From an uncultured Oscillospiraceae bacterium (GTDB lineage: Bacteria > Bacillota > Clostridia > Oscillospirales > Oscillospiraceae): a stretch of 64,000 nt of DNA. Position 1 is the stretch's first letter. Each line of letters starts with the position of its first letter. The notes below the pieces were generated by a model. That model worked only from the letters and a program-made list of their open reading frames with translations, ran no database searches and was not told the origin of the DNA. The position numbers and the translations under genes are program-made. The stretch lies in NCBI GenBank assembly GCA_910588625.1, contig CAJUQN010000002.1:60323-124322 (forward strand), written 5' to 3'. Below, piece after piece: positions 1 to 8,753 of the stretch.

Positions 1-1015
1 GCGACAGCGCCATATCCAGCAAGGGGATGGCCGCCACGGCCCCGGTGCCCTCGCCCAGGCGCATTCCCGCGGTGATGAGGGGCTTTTTGTCCAGGGCGTC
101 CAAAATCAGGCGGCCCGCCGGCTCGGCGGAGACGTGGCTTGCGAACATAGCCTTGCCCGCCTCTGGACACAGCCGCAGGGCGCACAGCGCCGCCACGGTG
201 CTGATGAAGCCGTCCATGAGCACCGGCGTTCGGTACAGCGCGCCGCCCAGGAAAATGCCGCACATCCCCGCGATGTCGAAGCCGCCCACCTTGGTCAGCG
301 CGTCCAGAGGGTCGGCGGGGTCTGGCTTGTTCAGTGCGATGGCTGTCTCGATGGCCTTGATCTTCCGCTGGAGACCCTCGTCGGACAGACCGGCCCCCCG
401 GCCAGTCATCTCCACCACCGGGCGGTCCAGCAGGACGCAGGCCACGGCGCTGGAGGTGGTGGTGTTGCCGATACCCATTTCTCCGGTGGCGATGAGCCCC
501 ACGCCCTGCTCCCTCAGATCCCGGACCAGCTCCACGCCGGTGAGGACGGCTTGCTCCGCCTGCTCCCGGTTCATGGCCGGACCCTGGGTGATGTCGCCGG
601 TGCCGTTGCCGATGCGCCTGTCCAGCACGCCGGGGATGCCGCCAGGGTCCTTCATCCCGATATCAACAGGGACCACGTTACAGCCGGCCACCTGGGCCAT
701 TTTGCACACGGAGGAACGGTTCTGCCCCGCGTTTCGGGCCACCGCCGCCGTCACGGTATAGTCGGTCTGGGTGACGCCCTGGGCCACCACGCCGTTGTCG
801 GCGCACAGCAGAATGAGGCTGCGCTTGGAGACGTCGATATTGTGGTCCAAAGTCAGCGCGGCGATGTTCTCCACCGCCGTCTCCAGCAGGCCCAGGCTGT
901 CCAAGGGCTTGGCGATGGAAGCCCACTGCCGGTGGGCGGCCTGCCGGGCCGCGTCCTCCCTGGGGTCGGGCTGAATGGATGTCAGGATGGCGTTCAGGTT
1001 TTCAAGTTTTGTCAT
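1..1015 (-). CDS. cobT: nicotinate-nucleotide--dimethylbenzimidazole phosphoribosyltransferase (3' end outside window)
   Basis: Not in the ORF track because it runs off the window. Reverse translation from the ATG at 1013-1015 gives MTKLENLNAILTSIQPDPREDAARQAAHRQWASIAKPL... and internally ATGEMGIGNTTTS, the CobT signature. The start overlaps the cbiA stop. Confidence 0.8.
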   Translation of the reverse strand, partial: MTKLENLNAILTSIQPDPREDAARQAAHRQWASIAKPLDSLGLLETAVENIAALTLDHNIDVSKRSLILLCADNGVVAQGVTQTDYTVTAAVARNAGQNRSSVCKMAQVAGCNVVPVDIGMKDPGGIPGVLDRRIGNGTGDITQGPAMNREQAEQAVLTGVELVRDLREQGVGLIATGEMGIGNTTTSSAVACVLLDRPVVEMTGRGAGLSDEGLQRKIKAIETAIALNKPDPADPLDALTKVGGFDIAGMCGIFLGGALYRTPVLMDGFISTVAALCALRLCPEAGKAMFASHVSAEPAGRLILDALDKKPLITAGMRLGEGTGAVAAIPLLDMALS

Positions 1016-2372
1016 GGCCGGACCGTTCCTTTCTGTAGCGCTCTGCCTCCCGGACGAACCGCGCCGCCATCTGGGGGCGCCCCGGGAAATATAGATGTGG
1101 GAAGGCGGCGTACAGCCGCCGGTTGGTGAAGCCGCACCGCCAGCTCCGCCCTGTCAAAGGTTTGGCGGCAGTGAGACTGTCTCCGTTTTGGGTGGAGTCC
1201 CAGTAATGAAACTCGTGGACAGGTACGGCCTCGCCCTTGCGGAAAAGGAGGCTGTCCGTGTCCGCAGTCAGCTCGGAGTAGCCAAAGCGCACCAGCTTTT
1301 GGGTGCGTATTCCATCGCCGGGCAGGTATCCCGCCATGGGGTAGAGCTGGCCGTCCGTTCCCTGGAGAGTCTGACCCAGGTAGAGAAACCCGCCGCACTC
1401 GGCCACGGTGGGCAGGCCGAGGGATACCGCCTCGTGAATGGACCGCTTCATGGATTCGTTTTCCGCCAGCCGGGCGGCGTACAGCTCCGGGTAGCCGCCG
1501 GGCAGGTACAGTCCGCAGGCATCCTCGGGCTGTTTTTCATCGTGCAGGGGGCTGAAAAACAGCAGGTCCGCGCCCGCATCCTTCAAAGCGTCCAGCGTTT
1601 CCTCATACACGAAGCAAAACGCTTCATCCCGCGCCACGGCGATGGGGACCCGGTTTTGGGCAGGAACACTGGCAACAGCCCCCCAGCCCATCCGACGGAC
1701 GCACACCTCGGACAGTTTATCCCAGTCCATGGCTGCCTCCAGCGTTTGAGCCGCACGGTCGATGCGGGCGGCGATGTCTTTGATCTCCCCAGCGGTCTGT
1801 AGGCCTAGGTGGCGGCTTTCCAAGACTGCCTCCTTTATGTGGGGGAGGCAGCCCAGCACGGGAAGCCCGGTTTCCCGCTCCAGCATGGGCTTCAGGCTTT
1901 TGAACAGCATGGGGGAGCAGTCGTTGAGGAAGACACCCGCGATGTGGCTGGGGGCCCGAAAGGCCCTCAGACCGTTGATTTGTGCCGCCAGGGTCAGGCT
2001 GGCCCCGCGGGGCCGCACCGTCAGCAGGACGGGCAGGCCCAGCGCGTCTGCCGCGTGCCAGGCGCTGGCCCGGTCGGTGGAGCCCCCCAGGCCGTCGTAA
2101 AAGCCCATAGCGCCCTCCACCACCACGGAGCTGTGGGAGGCGCCGTAATGATGGTACAAGCTCCGCGCCGTGTCCTCACTGGAGAGGAACAAGTCCAAAT
2201 TGTGGCTGTCCACCCCCAGCACGGAGCGGTGGAACATGGGGTCGATGTAGTCCGGACCGCATTTGAAGGCGCAGGGGTCCAGCCCCCGCTTTTTCAGCGC
2301 CGCCAGCAGGGCGCAGGTCAGCACCGTCTTTCCACTGCCCGAGGCAGGGGCGGTGATCATCAGCTCAAGCAT
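1002..2372 (-). CDS. cbiA: cobyrinate a,c-diamide synthase
   Basis: 456 aa. The N-terminus ITAPASGSGKTVLTCALLAAL..GPDYIDP matches the CbiA/CobB P-loop, with a C-terminal GATase-like domain. It sits in the cbi operon. Confidence 0.9.
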   Translation of the reverse strand: MLELMITAPASGSGKTVLTCALLAALKKRGLDPCAFKCGPDYIDPMFHRSVLGVDSHNLDLFLSSEDTARSLYHHYGASHSSVVVEGAMGFYDGLGGSTDRASAWHAADALGLPVLLTVRPRGASLTLAAQINGLRAFRAPSHIAGVFLNDCSPMLFKSLKPMLERETGLPVLGCLPHIKEAVLESRHLGLQTAGEIKDIAARIDRAAQTLEAAMDWDKLSEVCVRRMGWGAVASVPAQNRVPIAVARDEAFCFVYEETLDALKDAGADLLFFSPLHDEKQPEDACGLYLPGGYPELYAARLAENESMKRSIHEAVSLGLPTVAECGGFLYLGQTLQGTDGQLYPMAGYLPGDGIRTQKLVRFGYSELTADTDSLLFRKGEAVPVHEFHYWDSTQNGDSLTAAKPLTGRSWRCGFTNRRLYAAFPHLYFPGRPQMAARFVREAERYRKERSGHDKT

Positions 2373-3564
2373 GGCGCTCCCCCGTAATCAGGAAGGTAGG
2401 GTTGTTGGCCATCAGCAGGTGGAGCTTGCCCGCCGGTTTTGCCCGGCTGACGGCAATCTGGGTGACGCCGGCCTCCAGGCCGTGCTTGGTGAGCGCGGCG
2501 ATGGCGGAGGACAGGGTCTCCAGCGCGATGGCGGAGATGCAGATACGGGCGTTTTCGTTTTTGGACAGCGCCAGGTCTACGATCTGCTCCATGCCGCCTT
2601 TGGTGCCGCCGATGAAAACCGCGTCCGGAGCGGGGAGGTCCGCCAGTACCTCCGGGGCGCGGCCCTCTACCAAATGTAGATTCCAGGCGGAAAATTTCTG
2701 CTTGTTGTCGCGAATGAGGGCGCAGGCCTCCGGTTCGCATTCCACGGCGAACACCTGCCCTTCCAGCGCGGCAAGGGCCAGCTCTACGCTGACGCTTCCG
2801 GTGCCCGCGCCCACGTCCCAAAGGATGTCGGTGGGGCGCACCGCCAGCTTGGCCAGCGCGGCGGCGCGGACCTCCTGCTTGGTCATGGGTACCTGTCCTC
2901 GCAAAAATGCCTCGTCCGGGAGGCCGGGAGAGCGGCGTTCAAACCGCGGCGCGGCCTCCGCCAGCAGGACGGACAGGGCGGGGAACGTCTGTCCCGCCAA
3001 TTCCTCCGCCGTGCCAGACGTGACCTTTTCCTCCGGGTTGGACAGGTTTTCCCCCACGGTGACAGGCAGAGAGCCCAGACCGGCATTGGTCAGCCGCTGG
3101 CAAATCTCAGTGGGGCCCAGCGCCCCGCCGGTGAGGAAAAACACAGGCTTTCCCCGGCTGACCGCGCCGATAATATTGCAGTCCACCCCATGGGCGGACA
3201 CCAGCTCCCAATCCTGCCAGGGCCGCGCCAGACGGGCGGACAGCAATTGAACGCTGGAGATGCCGGGCAGGACCTGAGCGGGGATATTTTTGCCTTTTAG
3301 TAAGGGGAGCAGTCCACGGGCTCCGGAGTAAAACCCCGCGTCTCCGCTGTACAGCACGACGCAGTTCCCCTGCTGGCGGGAGATGGCGTCCAGCAGGTCC
3401 TGGGGCTTGATGGCAGCCACCCGGTTTTCGGTGCACCCCTGAGGCAGGCTTTCCAGCAGGCGCTTTGCGCCCAGGATGCAGTCAGCCTGCTGTAAAGCGC
3501 CGGCACACTCCGCCGTCATAGTTTCTGGACGGCCCCCGCCCAGAGAGGCTAAGATCACCTGCAT
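2365..3564 (-). CDS. cbiET: precorrin-6Y C5,15-methyltransferase (decarboxylating), fused CbiE/CbiT
   Basis: The N-terminal half is a tetrapyrrole methylase. The C-terminal half carries a SAM-MTase motif (ILWDVGAGTGSVSVE). The start was moved to MQVILASLGGG, which has GGGAG 8 nt upstream; the track ORF starts at 3582. Confidence 0.85.
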   Translation of the reverse strand: MQVILASLGGGRPETMTAECAGALQQADCILGAKRLLESLPQGCTENRVAAIKPQDLLDAISRQQGNCVVLYSGDAGFYSGARGLLPLLKGKNIPAQVLPGISSVQLLSARLARPWQDWELVSAHGVDCNIIGAVSRGKPVFFLTGGALGPTEICQRLTNAGLGSLPVTVGENLSNPEEKVTSGTAEELAGQTFPALSVLLAEAAPRFERRSPGLPDEAFLRGQVPMTKQEVRAAALAKLAVRPTDILWDVGAGTGSVSVELALAALEGQVFAVECEPEACALIRDNKQKFSAWNLHLVEGRAPEVLADLPAPDAVFIGGTKGGMEQIVDLALSKNENARICISAIALETLSSAIAALTKHGLEAGVTQIAVSRAKPAGKLHLLMANNPTFLITGERHA

Positions 3565-4298
3565 CCCATCATCTCCCTGCATTTGTTGAATACGGATTCA
3601 TAGTCCAACCCGTCATCCTGTGGGCGGCGGATAAGGACCAGTGTAATCCCCGTGGCGTGAGCTGCCGCGGCCTTTTCCTCAAAACCGCCGGTGCGGCCTC
3701 CGTCCTTAGTGACCAGATACCGAATATGATACTGACGGATCAGCGCCTCGTTCAGCTCCTGGGAAAAGGGACCCTGGAGGGCCAGAATGTTTCGTCCGGG
3801 CACCCCCGCCGCCTCGCAGGCGGCAAGGCTGGCGGCCAGCGGGAGCACGCGGGGATAGAGCCGTTCTCCGCCCAAAGGGGCGAATACGCCCAGCTCCTTG
3901 GCCCCGGTGGTAAGGAGGACATTTTCCTGTGTCGTTTTCAGCCATTCCGCCGCCTCAGAGGCAGAGGCGAAGAGCTTCGCGCCCTCTGGAACAGCGCTTT
4001 CCTCCCGAAGGAGCCGTAAAAGGGGCGTCCCAGCCTCCCCGCAGGCCGCGCGGATGTTTTGGCTGGCCTGGATGGCGTAGGGGTGGGTGGCGTCCACGCA
4101 CAGGTCAGCGCCCGACGCCGCTTGAGCCATCTCGGGCGGCTCCATCCGTCCGGACAGGACGGTCATCCCCGGCGCGCTCCCCTGTTCCGCCCGGCCGTAT
4201 TCGGTGGCCACGCAGACCGTGACCGACCCTCCCAGCTGGACCAGCGCATGGGACAGGCGCCGCCCCTCGGTGGTGCCGCTGAATATCACGAACTTCAT
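3555..4298 (-). CDS. cbiJ: cobalt-precorrin-6A reductase
   Basis: 247 aa, CbiJ/CobK-like (MKFVIFSGTTEGR...YLVTKDGG). Its start has an ATGA overlap with the upstream cbiH stop, and its 3' end overlaps the cbiET start. Confidence 0.85.
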   Translation of the reverse strand: MKFVIFSGTTEGRRLSHALVQLGGSVTVCVATEYGRAEQGSAPGMTVLSGRMEPPEMAQAASGADLCVDATHPYAIQASQNIRAACGEAGTPLLRLLREESAVPEGAKLFASASEAAEWLKTTQENVLLTTGAKELGVFAPLGGERLYPRVLPLAASLAACEAAGVPGRNILALQGPFSQELNEALIRQYHIRYLVTKDGGRTGGFEEKAAAAHATGITLVLIRRPQDDGLDYESVFNKCREMMGCR

Positions 4299-5041
4299 AG
4301 GTTTTGCTTCTTCTCATAGCCCCGGGGGGTTATCATCCGCCCGTGGTCCGCCTGGGTGGTGGAGGAGCCGATGAACACCGTGGAGAACATATCCAGCTGG
4401 GTGTCCCGCAGCTCGGCCAGTGTCAAAATCCTGGACTCCTCCCCCGCCCTGCCGGTGTTGCGCACGTAGCCGCACACGGTGTTCGGACTGACGCCCGCGT
4501 CCAGCAGGATATCGCACGCCTTTTGCAGATAGTCCGCCCGCTTGTGGGAGGCGGGGTTGTAGAGGACGATGGAAAAATCACCCCGAGCCCCGCAGCGCAA
4601 GCGGTTTTCAATGACCTCCCAGGGGGTGAGCAGGTCGGACAGGGAGATAACGCAGAAATCGTGCCCGATGGGCGCGCCCAGCAGGGCCCCGCCGGACAGA
4701 GCCGATGTTACGCCGGGGATTACTTCCACATCTACCTCCGGGAACTGAGGGGCCAGCTGGAGCAGGGGGCCGGCCATGCCGTAAACCCCCGCGTCCCCGC
4801 TGCACACCAGGGCCACGGTCCTGCCGCCGTCCGCCGTCTCCAGGGCCCAGCGGCACCGGTCGATCTCCCGCCGCATGGGAGTTGTGTAGGTCTCCTTATC
4901 TGGGAACAGGCTGGATACCAGGTCCACATACACCGTATAGCCGCACAACACCTGAGCGTCCTCCAAAGCGGCCTTTGCCTGGGCGGTGAAATACTTCTGA
5001 TCTCCGGGGCCAAGGCCCACCACGTATACTCGCTTTGCCAT
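4295..5041 (-). CDS. cbiH: cobalt-precorrin-3B C17-methyltransferase
   Basis: Tetrapyrrole methylase with N-terminus VYVVGLGPGD. The start was set at MAKRVYVV, which has GGAGG upstream; the longer track ORF would overlap cbiF. Confidence 0.85.
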   Translation of the reverse strand: MAKRVYVVGLGPGDQKYFTAQAKAALEDAQVLCGYTVYVDLVSSLFPDKETYTTPMRREIDRCRWALETADGGRTVALVCSGDAGVYGMAGPLLQLAPQFPEVDVEVIPGVTSALSGGALLGAPIGHDFCVISLSDLLTPWEVIENRLRCGARGDFSIVLYNPASHKRADYLQKACDILLDAGVSPNTVCGYVRNTGRAGEESRILTLAELRDTQLDMFSTVFIGSSTTQADHGRMITPRGYEKKQNL

Positions 5042-5045
5042 GGTC

Positions 5046-5822
5046 TCAACCTCCGCCGGCGGGAGAACCGGTTCCCTGCCGGTATTCCGTGGTGAATGCC
5101 GGGTCATAGAGCTTGCTGCGTTCGTAGCCCTGCCCCAAAAAGCCGCCCACCAGGATAATGGCGGTTTTCCAGATGCCCGCCGCGTCCCCGGCTGCGGCCA
5201 GATTGCCCACGGTGCAGTGGACGATCTTTTCCTCCGGCCAGGTGGCCTTATAGACGATGGCGGCGGGGGTGTCTTCGGTGTACGCGCCGCCCTTCAGCAA
5301 CGCCGCCTGGACCTGCTTCTGCATCCCCGCGGACAGAAAGATGGCCATGGACGCGCCGTGGGAGGCCAATTGCTCCAGGCTTTCCCCCTCCGGCACCGGA
5401 GTCCGCCCGGCCATGCGTGTGATGACGACGGTCTGGCTGACGCCGGGCAGGGTGTACTCCGCCCCCAGCGCCGCCGCCGCGCCGCAGAAGCTGGATACGC
5501 CTGGCGTGTCGTCCCAGGGAATATCCAACGTGTCCAGCTGGTCCATCTGCTCCCGGATGGCCCCGTAGAGGCAGGGATCGCCGGTGTGGAGGCGCACCAG
5601 GTCCAGACCCTTGGCCTGGGCGTCCTTCATCACATCCAGCACCTGCTCCAGGGTCATCTCCGCGCTGTTGTAAATGCAACAGCCCTCTTTGGCCAGTCCC
5701 AGCAGGGCCGGGTTAACCAGGCTCCCGGCGTAGATGACCACATCAGTCCGCTTCATCAGCTCCGCACCCCGCAGAGTGATGAGATCCGGGGCTCCGGGGC
5801 CCGCTCCCACGAAATGTACCAT
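5046..5822 (-). CDS. cbiF: cobalt-precorrin-4 C11-methyltransferase
   Basis: MVHFVGAGPGAPDLITLRG...LHTGDP is the CbiF/CobM family motif. The start was chosen 2 nt after the cbiL stop. Confidence 0.9.
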   Translation of the reverse strand: MVHFVGAGPGAPDLITLRGAELMKRTDVVIYAGSLVNPALLGLAKEGCCIYNSAEMTLEQVLDVMKDAQAKGLDLVRLHTGDPCLYGAIREQMDQLDTLDIPWDDTPGVSSFCGAAAALGAEYTLPGVSQTVVITRMAGRTPVPEGESLEQLASHGASMAIFLSAGMQKQVQAALLKGGAYTEDTPAAIVYKATWPEEKIVHCTVGNLAAAGDAAGIWKTAIILVGGFLGQGYERSKLYDPAFTTEYRQGTGSPAGGG

Positions 5823-5824
5823 GT

Positions 5825-6523
5825 TTATTTCTCCTTTACGATAACGGTGGCAAAATAGCCCACATTCTCCGGGCACTGGCTCAAGCCGGCGCATACCTGT
5901 TCATTGGGCAGTCCGCAATTTTCCACCAGGGCGGCGCGGTCCAGCTGGCCGGTCTTCCTCAATGCCGATACGATTTGCGGGAAGTTGTGCCCCGCTTTCA
6001 TGAGCACCTTGCCGCCGGGCTGCTCCAGCTGGGGCTCCAGCGGTTCCCGGCCCACGGGGATGACGTGGAGGGGGGAGCCCCAGCTCACCAAGGTGGTCCC
6101 CAGCCGGGACGCCGCGGCGCAAAAGCTGGGGATACCGGGCGCCATGACCGCCTCATAGCCCCGCGCCCGGACGATATCCATGATATAGCCCCAGGTGGCG
6201 TAGATGGACACGTCCCCCAGGTTGAGCATGGCCACGTCCTGCCCTGCGTCCAGATGAACCTGGATGGCGTCCACAGCCTTCTCGTGGGCGGCGCGGGTCA
6301 GGGCCTTGTCCCGTGCCATGGAAAAATACAGGGGCAGGATGGTTTTGCCATCCAAAGACACGGCTTGACGCACGATGTCCAGGGCCAGGGTCTCGCCGCT
6401 TTTCGTCTGGGGCGCGGCGATGACGGGACAGCTTTGGAGCAGGCGGACCGCCTTCAGGGTCAGCAGCTCGGGATCGCCCGGGCCCACGCCCACGCCGTAG
6501 AGGATGCCTTTTTTCATGTCCAT
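5825..6523 (-). CDS. cbiL: cobalt-precorrin-2 C20-methyltransferase
   Basis: 232 aa. LYGVGVGPGDPELLTLKA is the tetrapyrrole methylase motif, and the position in the cbi operon fits. Confidence 0.85.
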   Translation of the reverse strand: MDMKKGILYGVGVGPGDPELLTLKAVRLLQSCPVIAAPQTKSGETLALDIVRQAVSLDGKTILPLYFSMARDKALTRAAHEKAVDAIQVHLDAGQDVAMLNLGDVSIYATWGYIMDIVRARGYEAVMAPGIPSFCAAASRLGTTLVSWGSPLHVIPVGREPLEPQLEQPGGKVLMKAGHNFPQIVSALRKTGQLDRAALVENCGLPNEQVCAGLSQCPENVGYFATVIVKEK

Positions 6524-7662
6524 TGCGCTAAAATCTCCTTTGCTCTCTCGGTCTGGCCCAGCAGGCCGTATACGTTGGAAAATATCACCGCGCCGATGTC
6601 ATAGGCCCCCGCCGCCCGCCGCTCCAGGTGGAGCTGGACGGCGTCCAGCAGACTTTTCATCACAGATTCCCACAGGCCCGCGCTGTCCAGCAGCTCAATG
6701 CAGGCGTCGGTGGTGGCGGAGTCCATCAGCTTTTGACACAGTTCCCGGTCCGCGCCCCGCAGGGCCGCGTGGGTACAGAACAGCTCCGCCCGGCAGTCGG
6801 CATAGCGTGAATGGGTATTCATAATCCCTCCCGCCACCTTGACCAGCTTGCCGATGTGGCCCGCCAGAAGGACCCGCTCAAAGTGCTGGGTGGCGGCGAT
6901 GTCCAGCGCCTCCCCCAGAAAGTTGGAGCACTTCACCACCGGTATGCCTAATTCGGCCAGGCCGGTGTCTTTCAAGAAGTCCACGCCATAGTTGCCGGGG
7001 GTCAGGATGAGGTTGACCGCCCCCGCCGCCGCGGCCTGCCGCTGCTGGACCGCGATGGTATCTACAATGGCCTGCTCGCTCATGGGTTCCACGATGCCGG
7101 AGGTGCCTAGGACGGACAGCCCGCCCTTGACCCCCATCACAGGGTTGAAGGTCCGGGCGGCGGCCTCCTCCCCGCCGGGTATGGAGACGATTACCTCCAT
7201 ACCGCCGTCGTAGCCCAGCTCGTCGCAGACCTCCAGTACCTGCGCCTCGATCATCCGCCGGGGAACCCGGTTGATGGCGGCGGCCCCCACAGGCTGGTCA
7301 AGACCGGGCTTGGTTACCCGGCCCACCCCCTCGCCGCCGTCAATATGGATGCCGGGGACGACGCTTTTTTTCACCGCTGCCCGCACCAGCATCCCGTTTG
7401 TAATGTCGTAGTCGTCTCCGGCGTCCTTCTGGACGGCACAGCGGACCCAGGCCCCGCGCTCCAAAAGCTCCGCCTCCGCCAGGGGAACCGACACCTCAAT
7501 TCCCTTGGGGGTGGTCAGTGAGACGGCTTCCGGCGCGCTCCCGGTGAGCAGCAGCCGCGCCGCCCCTGCCGCCGCCAGCGCGGCACAGGTGCCGGTGGTA
7601 TATCCGCAGCGCAGCATGGACTGTCCGCTGCGCATATAGTGGGGGAATTGCTCCGAGCCCAT
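6514..7662 (-). CDS. cbiD: cobalt-precorrin-5B C1-methyltransferase
   Basis: 382 aa with the CbiD hallmark LRCGYTTGTCAALAAAGA. SD AAGGAG is upstream. It is the first gene of the minus-strand operon. Confidence 0.9.
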   Translation of the reverse strand: MGSEQFPHYMRSGQSMLRCGYTTGTCAALAAAGAARLLLTGSAPEAVSLTTPKGIEVSVPLAEAELLERGAWVRCAVQKDAGDDYDITNGMLVRAAVKKSVVPGIHIDGGEGVGRVTKPGLDQPVGAAAINRVPRRMIEAQVLEVCDELGYDGGMEVIVSIPGGEEAAARTFNPVMGVKGGLSVLGTSGIVEPMSEQAIVDTIAVQQRQAAAAGAVNLILTPGNYGVDFLKDTGLAELGIPVVKCSNFLGEALDIAATQHFERVLLAGHIGKLVKVAGGIMNTHSRYADCRAELFCTHAALRGADRELCQKLMDSATTDACIELLDSAGLWESVMKSLLDAVQLHLERRAAGAYDIGAVIFSNVYGLLGQTERAKEILAQWT

Positions 7663-7694
7663 CCACTCAGCTCCTTTTTCGTGAAATCAGCGCC

Positions 7695-7885
7695 AAAACA
7701 GGCACGACAAAGGCCCCGTCAAGGAGACGAGGCCGAACGGGACATATGATTCCGGTTTCGGCAGAAAAACGCCAACTGCCATGTATCTGACTTATCCTCT
7801 CTTAGGAGGCATCACAGTGACCGACTCGCAGGGCGTCTCACCCTATTCCATGCGCCGCCGAGGCGGCTGCAGCAGACACGATATG
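7695..7885 (-). promoter_or_regulatory. cobalamin riboswitch with intrinsic terminator, leader of cbiD operon
   Basis: The minus-strand read contains ..GGAATAGGGTGAGACGCCCTGCGAGTCGGTCACTGTGAT.. and a B12-box-like AAGTCAGATACATGGCAG. A hairpin GGCCTCGTC/GACGGGGCC followed by a T-rich tract lies at about 7695-7734. An extended -10 (TGGTAAAAT) lies at about 7888-7896. Confidence 0.7.
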
Positions 7886-8038
7886 CAATTTTACCAAGTT
7901 TGGCGATGATTAAAAATTATATCATGGGTGTTTATTCCTGTAAAGAGTGAATCCTAGGGCGACCTTTGGCAGAGCGCAAAAATAAGAGGGGGGATATGGT
8001 GATATTTTGCCTTTTGGAAGTAAAATTTTGAGGTGCTA

Positions 8039-8066
8039 TTGACATATGCAGCACATAGAGTAAAAT
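8039..8066 (+). promoter_or_regulatory. sigma-70-type promoter (TTGACA-16-TAAAAT)
   Basis: TTGACA at 8039-8044 and TAAAAT at 8061-8066. The promoter lies in an AT-rich spacer just upstream of the plus-strand riboswitch. Confidence 0.6.
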
Positions 8067-8099
8067 CAAAATAACAAAACAAGTTGAACAGCGCACAAT

Positions 8100-8399
8100 T
8101 TCATATGGTAAAGTAGCCGCATTCCGCGCTCCGTCCAGGGGCGCGGAGAGGAAACCGGTCAGAATCCGGTACAGCTCCCGCTGCTGTGATTGCAGGAGCT
8201 TGTCGTCGAAGCATAGAGGCAGCCATTCGGGGTTCCCCGGAGAAGGCAGGACGGCAGGCGCAGGCGTTTGATCGCGCCCCAATGCATAAGTCAGAAGACA
8301 TACGGCTATGGGTGCGTCTCAGGCCGGGCGGGCCTTGAGGCGGGGTTTGATTGCACGTAAAAAACGGGGCGTGGCAGAGTTTTCTGCCGCGCTTTTTTG
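8100..8399 (+). promoter_or_regulatory. cobalamin riboswitch with intrinsic terminator
   Basis: The core AGAGGAAACCGGTCAGAATCCGGTACAGCTCCCGCTGCTGTGAT fits the GGGAA..GGTG..A.TCC..CCCGC..CTGT pattern. GCAGCCATTCGGGG..GGAGAAGGCAGG follows, with a B12-box-like AAGTCAGAAGAC at 8288-8299. A 10-bp hairpin plus TTTTTT lies at 8369-8399. Confidence 0.8.
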
Positions 8400-8594
8400 T
8401 TTCGGGACAGCCGGAATGGATACCGCTTCAAAACGCTGCTTTCGGCGCCGGGGCCGTGCCAGCGGTCCTGGCCTTCTTCCCCGAAAGCGTTGAAGACCTC
8501 CTTCCCTTCAGGGGGAAAGCGGCCCGGCGGGGCAGTAGGGACTCCGCCGGGCGCGCGCCTGCGCAGAGGAGGGAGAATGCAGGATATACTTTTT

Positions 8595-8627
8595 AGGCGC
8601 CGCCCCACGCCGGGGCGGCGCTTTTTA
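8595..8627 (+). terminator. strong rho-independent terminator
   Basis: GCGCCGCCCC-acgcc-GGGGCGGCGC followed by TTTTT. It lies ~200 nt after the riboswitch terminator and before any gene. Confidence 0.7.
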
Positions 8628-8753
8628 CGTGGCCGGCCTTTACTTTTGACAGGGAAGCCGGTATTATGATTAAAAAGGGACGGGCCCGTGACCGGGCTCC
8701 GGCGCGTCACCCCGCGGTGGTGATTCACGGGAAAATTTGTAAGGAGGCTTTTT

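Noticed and set aside
27-1129. Two long plus-strand ORFs (244 and 331 aa) at the window start.
   Set aside because: Both are antisense to the cobT frame, which carries the GEMGIGNTT signature. Their composition is typical of GC-rich shadow ORFs.
8400-8593. A second (tandem) cobalamin aptamer between the two terminators.
   Set aside because: It lacks the GGTG..A.TCC / CCCGC..CTGT core and the AAGTCAG B12-box variant that both genuine aptamers in this locus share.
8577-8669. A 30-codon Arg-rich ORF (MQDILFRRRPTPGRRFLRG...) with GGAGG just upstream, reading through the strong terminator.
   Set aside because: The SD spacing is very short (~4 nt). The peptide composition simply mirrors the GC-rich hairpin, and there is no functional clue. 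It is probably fortuitous.
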